Made by a program: the position numbers and the translations under genes. The notes below the pieces were generated by a model. It saw only the letters and a program-made list of their open reading frames with translations, did no database searches and was not told the DNA's origin. A stretch of DNA of 64,000 nt from Macrostomum lignano (Eukaryota): assembly GCA_002269645.1 (NCBI GenBank), contig NIVC01003177.1, positions 50,002-114,001 on the forward strand, read 5' to 3'. The stretch's first letter is position 1, and every line of letters begins with the position of its first letter. Shown one piece after another: positions 36,908 to 49,137 of the stretch.

Positions 36908-38774
36908 TCACTGCTTGGCTTTTTCCTTCTGAAAATTCAAATTGGTAAGAGCGTATAGCTTGTGAAATATATTATTAGCAATAACTATATGCCAGGTGTC
37001 GCTTCATGAACCTGAAAAATTCAGCAAAACATTTTGCACGCTTTTTTAGTGTACTGTATCAATCTTCATCAGACTCCTATCTCAAGCTGACAACAAATAC
37101 CAGTAAGTTCCGTGGACGACGAGTAAATAAGCAGGAGATGCAGAAGAAATCGGTGAAAGAGATGATTTAGATTGAACTCTGAAGCCATATGGACAAGTGT
37201 TTGATGAAGACAGAGCCCGCCTTCGTGACGCACACGACGACAACGGGCAGAATTTATTTTTTTTATTAGAGGCAGAGGGGTTGTGTGCACCCTGGCGCAC
37301 TTTAAGCGACTTAGGCACACAACCGGCGAGAGGCATTACTGCCCATTCCGCCGACTCCCCTGAGCAGGCACACAAGCGCGCGGATACGTACGCAGGCACA
37401 CACTCACACAGGAGTGTACAGCGGCCCTAACTTTATATTATCGTTAGGCATGTACACTTCACTGCGCCTTGGGGGGGGGGGGTTGGCCCTCAAGGCCGTT
37501 AAGAACGGGCAGGAGGATTATGTCCATCTGGTGCGACTAAAGAACATCAAAAGACCCCACATCAAAAGCGAGCCAAAGGTGGAAGAATTAAAAGTAAGAA
37601 AGAAAGAAACACCGTTGGCGTCCCATCCAATCATTGGTATCATTAAAATTCTAGGAGATAAATGAATGATGATGGGATTTCATGTGACCTCAAGGCTCTG
37701 TAATGGGTTCTACATCCTGTCCCCTGTGAAGTCTCACCTCTTTAGAATTCCCAGACAGAGCAAAAGCCAAGATCCCTACGGCTGCGGCAATTCCAACTCC
37801 AACTCCAACTCCTACGGCTCCTTTTTCCTGCCAGGTCATGCCGTCCTCATCCGGGTTGCACTTGGCTCGAATCCGATGCGTACCGTTCCAGCAGTTATCA
37901 GTGGCCAGTCCGTAGTCGCTGCCGCACGAGTCGAACAAGTCCTCCAGAGTGATGCCGGAATCGACCTTACCAACTGGCCGGATTAGTTTCCAATCGCGAA
38001 TGTCTCGTCGAGTGATTTCTACAATTCGGCATTCGCCTTCTCGGTATCTGGCGGGAAAGTTGATGTCGTCGTTGGGCGAGACACCTGGAGCCGGAGATGT
38101 TACAGCAATAAATTTAGCAAGGAGGGAGCACTAGAATCTACAGTGGTATCTGGACGTAACACTCGTATTCTATAATATAATTATGAAGACTGAAATTGAC
38201 GAAATCATTTTTTGTAACCAGACACTACATCGTTTGAAAGCTGTTCATCAAAAGACGTTAATTGTGCTCCATTTCGTCATTTTGTATTTTAAGCTAGGTA
38301 GTGATCCATATTGATTGCTTAAATGAGTTAAAGCAAGTAAATCAAGTACTGTATCAGTGCTACATTTAGTGGGTCAAAAAGGCCATAATGCACGTAAATT
38401 AATATATTAGTGTGTCATATTAATGGTCTTTTGGGTTAGGTCAAACATTTGAACAACCATAAGCCCAAACTGGTTTATTCAAAGCTAAACCAAATAAAGT
38501 TTCTAATCTTATTGATGCGACTAAAATATCTGAGAACTCGTTTCTAAACTACGAGCGTAAGCTATGATACCTGAAACTCACCCTTCTCAATGAGATAGAG
38601 TCCACCGTTCTCAGTAGTAGCAACAGCTGCTTCGTGAACAAAGCCGAGAACGGCACCAGACTTGCTGCCCACAGAATACAATGGTCGCTTGTAAATGTCT
38701 ACTTTAATGACCACTTGGTCTAGATCGATGCCGCAGTGCTTTCGATGAAGCTCTCGTTTCTTCTTGTCCGCCAT
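36908..38774 (-). CDS. Permuted papain-fold (LRAT/PPPDE-like) tail-anchored protein, paralog 3 (exons 38774-38582, 38084-37738, 36928-36908)
   Basis: MADKKKRELHRKHCGIDLDQVVIKVDIYKRPL...FVHEAAVATTENGGLYLIEK; DYGLATDNCWNGTHRI; GAVGVGVGVGIAAAVGILAFALSG; KEKAKQ*. A 3-nt insertion and a 3-nt deletion keep exon 2 at 347 nt. Confidence 0.85.
37254..37505 (-). mobile_element. tRNA-derived SINE, 5'-truncated, in paralog 3 intron 2
   Basis: Reverse complement of the SINE body and tail; opposite orientation to the intron-2 SINE of paralogs 1 and 2. Confidence 0.88.
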
Positions 38775-40022
38775 CGGATATGTAATATCGAGTTCAATAT
38801 GTTATGGTTCTTTTTCTCTGAAGATTGAAAGCGGAAAGCTGTGTTAGTTTGTGCTTTACTAGTCAATATCGCCTGGAAATTGCATGCTTTTAGTTCCCTT
38901 TTACACAGTTGAACCACCCCCCATGGAAAGAGGGGTCGGCGCTGTTAGATAGTGTACGTACACTAGCACTAAAAATAGTACATATGCACATAAAGCTACA
39001 TGCATATTTAGATCGAGAAAAGCAGACAAGGAGACGAAAGTCAAGAAATTTCATTGGAGTACATTGTTCGCGTACATTTACGCTCGTACATACAGACAGA
39101 GACAGTCAGAAGTAAGAAAGAGAGCAAGCAATATGTTCGTGCTTCGTAAAGCACATAAACCTAACCTACTCGCCTATTTCAGATATGCTAGCACAGTAAA
39201 TGTTATAATCTGACGTGTTTGAATCAACATAGACATTCGTTTGATAATAGAAAAAAAAGATAAGAGACTCGCGCCTAGTATTAAGTTAAATTAATGGCTT
39301 TATTAAAAACGTGTTTACATGTATTTCAAAACGTTTTGCAATACTCTTCAGAAATTGGACCACAGATACGATTAAAAGACCCTTAGTTACTGATACTACT
39401 TTCGATTGGGCGACTGTCAGGAGTTTTTTGGATTATTTTGTTCGTGTCAAGAAATTAATTTTAGATGTAGTCGTACGAGTATAAGCACCAGGGCGCCAGC
39501 ACCAGGGGCGCCATATGCATATAGAGGACCGCACTAAAGCCCTGAGAATTTTCAAAGCAAAAATGCTTTTCAAAGAACGTTACCCACCATTAAAATAATT
39601 CTAAAAATATTTTACGCTTTTGAGTTATAAAATCAAACTTCTGTAGGAAACATTCACAATATACTAAATCTCTAAGATCTTATTATACTCATATTCATGC
39701 ATCTAGAATAGTTCATCTGTTGCGCAAGTTGTTATACAAGATGACAGTAAATAGGTTAACGGGTGCAAGTTCAGTAAGAAAACTTCATAATATGCGGCGA
39801 GAGTAGTGCAGTATGATATTATGCAATCGGTTTTAAGGTTACACGGTGCAGAAGGCAGGTATTCCCGTTGTGTATGAAAATCGGCCACTCATTTACGAGC
39901 GTAACAGCAATAGCGACGAAAAATCATTTTAAGAGTATTACATAACTTTGCTGAGAGTTTAATGTCTATATATTTAGAAATGTCAAACTTTAAATAATCT
40001 GAGAGCTCTCAGTCAACCAGCG

Positions 40023-40870
40023 ATGGCAGCCAAACCGACAAGAGAGTTCAGACGAAAACACTCCAGTGTGGACCTGCAGCAGCAGATTGTGATCAGTCTT
40101 GACCTGTACAACCGGCCTCTGAACGGCAAGGGAGGCAAGTCGGTCACCTTATTCGGGTTTGTTCACGAAGCAGCAGGCTCTAAAGGGCGTTAATTGCGGG
40201 AGCAGAGCCAAGGTGAGATTCTAATTTAGCCCCAAAAATTAATGTGACTGCACTTGGAATCGAGACTGGATCGCTGGCACATAAGGATTGCAGCGCTAGA
40301 CCAGTGAGCTACGGCTCCCCTCTTGGCTTTGGTGTTGGGCTGTTCTGCACTTTTAGATGTAGGCTGTATAGTTTTCCACTTCGAGAGTAACACTGAAGCA
40401 TCCAAGTGAGATTATTAAAATACAACGCGCACTTTGCAGGCGTCAGCAAAGACTTTGACATCGACTATCCAGTTAGGTATCGCGAAGGCGAATGTCGCAT
40501 TGTAGAAATTTCCAGACGCGACACTCACGACTGGATGCATATCAGGAAAGCGAAGTGTTCAACCGAGCGTCACACTGGAGGACCTGTTCGACTACTGCGG
40601 CAGCGACTACAATCTGCTGGCGGACAACTGTTGGAACGTTGGCGTCCACAGGATGCGGACCACGTCCTGCCGTGGCGATCGGTTTGTTGACCATGGCCCT
40701 GTCGGACAGTTCTAAGGAGAAGACGGTAAGGCTAAATGATCACTTTCTTTAAGTTAAGCAAAGTTGATCTCGGTTAGCGCGTAGCTGAAGCTGTTAGGTG
40801 GTAAAATTAAATATTGTACACCTACATGTTATACATCTTTCAGAGAAAGAAGAAAAGCACACTCAACTGA
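40023..40870 (+). pseudogene. Inverted, more divergent fourth paralog of the LRAT/PPPDE-like family, disrupted
   Basis: MAAKPTREFRRKHSSVDLQQQIVISLDLYNRPL...FGFVHEAA is cut by a SINE head, then TAA. Exon 2 (40440-40725) reads RYREGECRIV...[frameshift]VTLEDLFDYCGSDYNLLADNCWN...[frameshift]AVAIGLLTMALSDSSKEKT. Exon 3 (40844-40870) reads RKKKSTLN*. Confidence 0.82.
40176..40320 (-). mobile_element. SINE 5' (tRNA-like) half inserted in the pseudogene exon 1
   Basis: Reverse complement of the SINE head (plus-strand CTTGGAATCGAGAC...GCTACGGCTCCCC). Confidence 0.8.
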
Positions 40871-41907
40871 TTGTGGGCGCGCAGCTCTTGTGAAACTGTT
40901 TAACAAGTGCGACTGACTGCTTTGATATTTAAACTGAGTTGTAAATAACGGCAAATATTCAATACAAGCAAACAAGTCTTGTTTAAATTTTTTTGTTATA
41001 TTTTGTTACATTGTCAATTTATTTGATTATATCGTTTTACTTATTGTTGACCTCATATTATGTAGCAATCCTTTTAGTTTCATAATTGTGCTTGTTTGTG
41101 TTAAATTGTCTTTAACGATATGACACAATCATTTATTTGAGTGAAAAACTCGTTTCCAATAAACAGCACGACTTTAAAAAAATTAGGCTTTAGTTACAAT
41201 TTTGGCTTTTAAGTTAGCTAGTTAGAGTATAGCTGCACCCTGCGGCTATTAACAATATTTCTGGGCTTTGTAACTTGAGTTAGTAGCCTGAGTCAATGCT
41301 TCTACGAGCCCGTAAACTTTTTCAAGTTTTCAGGGAATTCGGGAAATGCTACTGTTTGCATGGATTTTAGCTACAATACTTTTATTTTCTTTGTCAAAAG
41401 ATTTCTTCTATTTAGATTTAGATCATTCGAGTCCTTTTATACTGCTTTGAATCGAAGTGAACCGCAAATGAATCCTGGGTAGAACTTAGTAAAGTACGCA
41501 TTAGGGCTGATAAATTAAATATTTTTAGTGTAACTTTTCATTGAAGATCATATTTTGCGATTGGTATTATACTACTTACATAGCCGAGTTAGTGGTTAAT
41601 AATAATTAGAAATAACGTTATATTTTGTACCTATAATTGATAGCCAATAAATTTGACAGGTCCTAAAATGATGCCACAATAGGGGGCTTCGCGTATACAG
41701 AGAGAAAACGCACAATACGTGTTATTAGAAAATGATATTAAACATTACATAGAAATCGGCATAGCTGAAGATAAAGGACAACGGGTATCCGTAAGGATAG
41801 CTACAGAACATATTTAGCAATGACGTGCAAAAACATTGCGTCTTAGTTTGAGCTTTAGCTTATGCAAGGGTATGAATCGCCACAACAGACAGGCTGAAGC
41901 TTTGTTG

Positions 41908-43000
41908 TCATTTATTACCGCGCAAGCCCAGCTGTGGCCCAAGCACCGCCAGTGATCTTTTAGCCGGAGCTAGGCTGTCAGTAACCCCGGCGTGACCTCG
42001 TTTCCTAGCCATCCTGTTGTCTCCGTCAGCAGCTGGGTTCTCAGCTGACGGCTTGCGCACCACCAGAGCCCGCTCTTTGGCCTCCTCGCTGTGACTGTAC
42101 GGACAGCGGTGCCCCCGATCGCATCGGCCAGATAGGAAGCGTCTGCACAGCGGTATCCGTTTTAAACCGCTGCTTCTGCTAGCGGAATTAGTTGCCGCTT
42201 CTATCGGGGTCACGTGATGCGCTAATACGGCTAACTTCTTACGCTCGGCTTTATGGTACTCGGTTACAAATACGGATTCGTGCTCAGCTGATGCGGCCGC
42301 AAAACTTGGCAATAGATTCGAGGAACTACTGGCTTGTTGCTGCTGCCGATTGCTGTTTTGCTGCTTCAAGTCTGTACTATTCAATTCACTGTCTTCGAGT
42401 TCGACGTCTATTTCAACGAATCCGTCGCTTTGATTGTCGTCTGTGTCCTCGTCGCTGGGGCTGTTGCTATGGTCAGAGGCAGACTGAATCAGACCAAAAC
42501 TGTTGCTGCCGCTAATAAGTTTGCTGCTTCGTTTCTCTTCCGTTGATTTGCTTTCCTCATCTTCAGCTGTTGCAGTGTCTGAATTTTGCTCTGGGGAGGA
42601 ATGTTGAACATATTTAATAACTTAGACTACTTGATAATCACGAGTAAATTTATCCAATGTACATTTAGCTACCAAAGTAAAAGGACGATACTTTTTTCAA
42701 TATTTCTTTTTTCCATTTTACCTGTGTTATCTGCAACAACTCTGGGGCGCTTTTATAATGACTCTGAGGGCCGTAGAGTCGAAATTTTAAATTTCACACC
42801 CAGAACATAAAATTTAGAAAATATGAAAAGCAAAAAACACATCTCGCTTACCATCATCATATTTAGCATCATCAAAGTCTCCATCACTGTCGCCTGAAAT
42901 TTCGCTCGATTTTTGTTTTGTACTTTTATAATTTTTCACTGCCTCAGCAGCCTCGGGAGCATCGCCTTCGCTCTCGCTGCCGCTACTATAAGCTACTAGC
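41908..43000 (-). CDS. Acidic/Ser-rich protein with one CCCH zinc finger (exons ~43000-42852 and 42590-41908); start not found
   Basis: SSGSESEGDAPEAAE...DGDFDDAKYDD, phase-1 intron (G|GTAAGC...CCCCAG|AG), then EQNSDTATAEDEESK...LCRRFLSGRCDRGHRCPYSHS (C-x7-C-x5-C-x3-H)...GNK*. Confidence 0.72.
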
Positions 43001-43071
43001 GCGGATGCCAGTTTGACGATGAGGCGATAAGATAAATTAATTAAATCGATTATATAAAATAGAAAAATAAA

Positions 43072-44294
43072 TTAACGCTTAGTAACGGACGCGATAATTG
43101 GCTTAGGCCGGTCGCGAAAAACCAGCTTGTTGCGTATGACGCCAACAATTTGATTGCCGCGAATCACAGCCAGTGGCTTCTCAAGCGGCACCGATTTGCC
43201 CTGGATTAAGGGAATTAAGAAAAAATGAAATTTATTACAAATATTCTGGTTAATTTTAAATGTCAATCACGAATTATAGATTAAGATTAGCTAGAAGATA
43301 AATCTCTCACAATTATTTAACTAAAAAAGCAGCGCGTCTATTCTTTTTTCAGTAGTTTTTCTGCGCCTTGTTACTTAAATTTAATGGGACAGCTAAAATT
43401 TCCTTTCCTTCCTCGGGTTCAAGATAAACAACAAGCATTCGGGTTAGATAAAGCCTAGGGCAGGCCCATTCAGCTCGGCCAATGAGAGAGCAGTAAGGAG
43501 AGAGGTCAAAATCAGACGGACGAAGCTCAGCCTAGGGGGCAGGACCAATCTAGCTCAGCCAATGAGAGAGCAGTAAGGAGAGAGGTCAAAATCAGACGGA
43601 CGAAGCTCAGCCTAGGGGGCAGGACCAATCTAGCTCAGCCAATGAGAGAGAAGTAAGGAGAGAGGTCAAAGTCAGACATGAGGAAAGCCTAACTGTTTAT
43701 CGGTCTGGCTGGGGACTGGGGCGCCGCGCCACCCCCTTTTCCTTTTGCTCGCTATGCACCCGCACTGGATTTGGATTTTTCAATTTTTTCCGGCAATCTT
43801 CAGTATTGAATTTATTTCTGTTGAAATTAATTACAGCCTAAATTAGTGGGTCTGCTTTTAGAAAGCCGATGGCGATTTTTTCAGCTTTATTATCCTGTAG
43901 ACTTAACGGATTTTTAATTTTAGTAAGGCAAAAACGCTAAATTTGCTACTGACAAAAGTAGACTAGTGCATTTTTTGCAAGCGACATATCTTACCTACCT
44001 ATTCTAGTATGTGATGTCCATAAATAAGCATTTGACAAGCGAGGTAAGGATAGTTATTACTAGAACTCTTAATTAATTAATTACCTGCAATAAATGGTGA
44101 CCAACAATAAGCAGAGGCTGTCCAGAATGCCGACTAAACAGCAGATCGCCAATAAGTCCGCCGCGAAGTTTTTCTTCCTGATCAATGAGATTATCTTCGG
44201 CTAAAGTGCGACTTTCAAAACTGCCTTGCAATTCAATGAGACTCCAGCAGCCTGTTTGGTTGCCGGATTCCAGCTGTGGCAGCTGCACAGTTAG
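43072..44294 (-). CDS. CHTF8: Chromosome transmission fidelity protein 8 (exons ~44294-44085, 43200-43072); initiator not visible
   Basis: VQLPQLESGNQTGCWSLIELQG...LIGDLLFSRHSGQPLLIVGHHLLQ|GKSVPLEKPLAVI...KLVFRDRPKPII matches the Ctf8 WxLxELQG, LIVGHHxLxGK, LEKP and RPKPII motifs. Phase-0 GT-AG intron. Confidence 0.92.
43453..43680 (+). repeat. 80-bp tandem repeat, ~2.7 copies, in the CTF8 intron
   Basis: AATGAGAGAG recurs at 43481, 43561 and 43641. Confidence 0.9.
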
Positions 44295-45074
44295 CTGCTG
44301 AAGTTGAGCATTTTTAGCAATTTGAAGTTGAAATTATATTGTAAGCCTGGAAATTTCATGGCCAAATTTCATATATTTTTTCTTCGAAACCCTGTCTATA
44401 AAAACAAATCTATATTAGACAGGATCAAAGAAGCAAATATTTTGCAAAATGTTAAGTCAAACAAATCCCTTAATTTCGTATATCAAAGAATTAATAAAGA
44501 AATTGAGGAGGCTGCTGAGGATCACTGGGTTAGAAAATTTGCAAGCCATTGTAAATTTTACAATTAGATGTCTTTTTTATGCTGAGCCAAACCTCTCTGC
44601 ATCCAATTAAACAGTTGTTTACAGCTACTTGGCTGTTGTGGCAAGTGGAACAGACAGATTAGTAGTGCTGCAGAAGAATTTCCTGACCATCAAGTGCTAG
44701 TAGCCTTGATGGCATTCTCAAAAGTCTAAGAACCTACTTTATAGGAAGAAACTTAAGCACTAGTAACAGGTACAAAAACTACATTTTTTATTTCAACACA
44801 AGTTCAAAAGAATTGTTCAAATTCAAGGCTAATTTACTTGAATTTTAGATGGTTTCTATCTACTATACTGGTTCTAATTCTTTAGTTTTAGGAATGGTTT
44901 TCAACTTGTTTGATTGCTATAGGCTTACAAATGTGTTCACTAAAAACCATTTTCAGATTCATAAAGTATCAATCATTTATTTTGCAAGAAGTTCTAAGAA
45001 GTATTCAGAGAATTTTGTAAGGGGATCAGGAGTATATACAAAAAGAGTACATGCATTAGAAGTACATGCTAAAA

Positions 45075-48000
45075 GCAAGCACTATAACCCTCTAATCTCA
45101 GTAATACCCAGACTAGAAAAGTAGTACATGTACCAGTAGACTACCAATAGGCTACCAGAACAAGTAATGGGCACCACTAAATTTATTTTTAGCACCACTA
45201 ATTAGCGCTGTTGCTAACTGACAGAAGAAAAAATTAGTGATTGCTAATAGCGGGCACTATTTCTATTTTGAATTTAGCACAATTAGCGCCACTAATTAGC
45301 GCTGTTGCTAACTGACAGAAGAAAAAAAATAGTGATTGCTAATAGCAGGCACTATTTCTATTTTGAATTTAGCACAATTAGCGCCACTAATTAGCGCTGT
45401 TGCTAACTGACAGAAGAAAAAATTAGTGATTGCTAATAGCGGGCACTATTTCTATTTTGAATTTAGCACAATTAGCGCCACTAATTAGCGCTGTTGCTAA
45501 CTGACAGAAGAAAAAAATTAGTGATTGCTAATAGCGGGCACTATTTCTATTTTAAATTTAGCACAATTAGCGCCACTAATTAGCGCTGTTGCTAACTGAC
45601 AGAAGAAAAAATTAGTGATTGCTAATAGCGGGCACTATTTCTATTTTGAATTTAGCACAATTAGCGCCACTAATTAGCGCTGTTGCTAACTGACAGAAGA
45701 AAAAAATTAGTGATTGCTAATAGCGGGCACTATTTCTATTTTAAATTTAGCACAATTAGCGCCACTAATTTTGAAATGTGCTAATTAATAAATACATTTA
45801 ATATAAACTGTCATTTCATATGTATCTATGCATTTTTGCATATTTTTAACTCATACATTTTAAACAATTTATTTTTATTATCAATCCTAATAAAAAATCC
45901 TCAAGCCGCTGAACTATCAGAGCAACAGTTGGTAGAAAGAGTTCCTAAATTACAATGCTGTTTGCCTTGAAAAACATCAAGTGCCCTTGCTATAGTGGCC
46001 ATGACCTTCTTATACTAGTGCCCTGTATATACTAGTGTCTTATACTAGGTACTAGTGCCCATCACTGACCAGAACACTACCAGAATGCTACAAGAATGCT
46101 ACTCAGACTTATACAAAAAGGTAAAATACTTATACTTCTATGGGATTATTAAAAGAGAAGTTTAGTACTAGTACAACTTTGGTAGCATCAAAAGATTAAA
46201 TTAAGGACCTGCAACAGTATTAGTATCATGCTATAAAGATTGCAAAAGACAGAAGAAACAGACCTGTCACAACTTGGTGGCAGCAGCAGGATTTCATTTA
46301 AAATTTCATATGTAGATAACTTTCTTAACATTAAATTTCCAATTTTAGGGAAGGAAAGCTTAGACAAAGAAAATAAAATTCAATTGAGTGTTTGTTGACA
46401 ATAATTTGCAGAGTGAAAATAAAGGAAATGAAGAATTGAACAGTGAAGATACAAATAGAGTGACTGACTCAGATGATACATCAGAAGAGGAAGGAGAATT
46501 ACAATTAGAGATGGAATGTGCTCAGCTAGAGAAAAGGTTATAATCTGAGACCACAAGGCAATAGAATGACTCAGCAAAAAGGTATGATAAGATTTGTATG
46601 CCAAAGGTGCTATATGATATATTTAGAACAATAAGAACGAACAAATGGCCATTAAAAGCAATGTAGATCAGTTATAACTTCATTGAAATAATGTTTACAA
46701 ATAGATAGCATATTAATAAACAATTGACATTAATATTCTAATGTTAGAAAAACCACAATCAAAATAGGCAAAGGCAAAAACATGGCATATACTATAAACT
46801 AAAAACAACTTTGTCTCTCACAATGCTCATCTACTGCATCTTGGGCTATAGCTAAACTTTTATTACTGCTCTGTTTGCTAAATTCTTTGTTTGCCATATC
46901 TATTGTCTAATAAAATCTATTATATTCTATCATCTAAGGCTTACACAACTGTGGAATGTTTTAATAGCATGCCTAAATTCTCAAATTGGTTGCTCTATAG
47001 ACCCCCCTTTTAGGCCATAAACAATGAAAAGCAAGTTTTCAATAGCTTGATTTTCCTACAAAAGATTAAATTGCTTGTTCCTAGGCTCAATCCATAGTCC
47101 CAAGTATACACTATGTATGCAAAATTTTTTTTTGCTTTGCACACTGCACACAAAGTGGGGTAAGATTGCAAAAGGCAGCTATAGAGGCTTTGAGTCTGAT
47201 TCTAAGAAACAATGTCCAATGAAGTATTACATTTTTAACGAAAGATAGCAGATAAACAATACTTATATAAGTTACTATTAGACAGAATAGTAGTCACATG
47301 ACTGCTCTCAGCCAATAGTGACTTACATGTGTGTGTTGCCAATAAAAATGGCCAAGGTTGCGCATGTATAACCTAAATAATCATATATTACCATGTAATA
47401 ATAAAAACATTGCATCTTTCATACTTACTTTAGGCCTTAAAATAATTATTTAAAAAAGTATCACATATTTTTTTTAAAAGCCTAAAAAATCCTATGAAGT
47501 ACAGGCCAGCTATAGTACCAAGTTTATAGCCCTGATAGTAGTAGAATGCCAAAAACTTGAAATTGTCACTATTGTCCAACATGCCAAAAAAACTTTTTCA
47601 ACTCCTTGCTCCACACCATGCATGCAATACTAGACTGCTTGGGACCTTGTTGCATGCAAGAATTTTCCCAACTAAATAGCATCTTTAGGAGTATAGGGCT
47701 CAATTGGCTTGAAAAATGCTATAATAATAGTTATTTGCTTATAAAATTTGACGTTGTACATAAAACAAATCTGTAAATACTATTATAATCTGCTAAATGC
47801 AATGTTTAATTTGATATATTACTCAAGAAAATATCTTACAAAATAAAAATTAAAAAAATAAATAAATAATCAATCTAAATATACTAAATTAAAAATCAAA
47901 GTGTCAAATCTGCTAGGGCCTAACCTAAGCATACCCCACCTTGGAACATAATGATATCATCCAGTTTTTTGGCTGCCAGCCTATTAAATACAAACTCCCT

Positions 48001-48400
48001 TTAACTGCTACAACGCCCTATAATTTATTATAAGTTATACAAATATAAATATATAAGTTTCCTTATTTACAAAAGGAGTATATGTATATGCATTAAAACT
48101 TGAAATTACCATACTAAAAGTAAAAGCAAGCACTTTAACCCTCTAATCTCAGTAACGCCCCGACTAGAGAAGTAGTACATATACCAGTAAGACTACTCAG
48201 GCTATCAGGTAACGAGAATGCTACCAGAATATTATTTAGACTCATACAAAGAGAAGGTAGAATACAACGATAACGATAACGATAGGACATAGGGGCCTAG
48301 GATTATTATTAAAAGAGAAGTTTAGTACTAATACAACTTTGATGGCATCAGAGAGATTAAATTAAGGGCCTGCAACAGTATTAGCATCAGCAGTTAAAGA
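45075..48400 (+). repeat. Two copies of a dispersed AT-rich repeat (45075-45150 + 46083-46250, and 48125-48400); the first is split by an insertion
   Basis: GCAAGCACT.TAACCCTCTAATCTCAGTAA...AGTAGTACAT and GAATGCTAC...ATTAAAAGAGAAGTTTAGTACTA...CCTGCAACAGTATTAG occur twice, in the same order. Confidence 0.75.
45195..45770 (+). repeat. 94-95-bp tandem repeat, ~6 copies
   Basis: GCGCTGTTGC recurs at 45205, 45299, 45394, 45488, 45583 and 45677. Confidence 0.95.
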
Positions 48401-48724
48401 TTGTGAAAGACAGAGAAAAAACACCCATGGCATACATTTTTAGAAAAAATTCAAATAGCTAATAAATGTATTTTCATTTTTGGTTATCAAAACTGCTATT
48501 AAGTCCATTGCTATAATGCCATTGGCTTTTGGAACTTAAGGCAACAATAGCCAGTTGTAACGATGTTGATATTTATTTCTGAAAATATTCTAGTGTATTA
48601 ATGCCTTTTTAGTATTATATTATTAATCTAACTACTATTTATTAAACAAATCTTAAATTTATTCTATATTTATACATAAAATTTGTTTTACTGTATCATT
48701 CATAGAAATACGGGTATTGCATTA

Positions 48725-49098
48725 GGGTCTCCCTAAAACACGCACCGCACCACCCCGACCGCTACACATTATAACATTTTTGTCAATGCAGTATTTTGCT
48801 TGCAAAGAAAACTATTTGTTGTAAGAGTAACAGAATAATTAACTTTATTTATTACCTTAAATATTATTATTATTTTTCATATTCTCGTTTGCATTATTAA
48901 ATTAATTATTATTTTAATAATATTATTATTAATATCACTTATTATACATCGAATTTAATATTTCAAAGTAAAAAAACTAAATTTTATAAAAGCTTAAAGC
49001 TTAACATAAAACGCATTTTGAAATGTCTTCAATTATAGTCTAATTTGCTTTAACGTGTAGCGCTGTGGGGCGGGGCGGTGCGTGTTTTAGGGAGACCC
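48725..49098. mobile_element. Mutator-like MITE (374 bp)
   Basis: ~45-bp TIRs starting GGGTCTCCCTAAAACACGCACCGC. 9-bp TSD ATTGCATTA at 48716-48724 and 49099-49107. Confidence 0.9.
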
Positions 49099-49137
49099 AT
49101 TGCATTATTTATAAGTGGGTTATATCGCATTTTTGTT

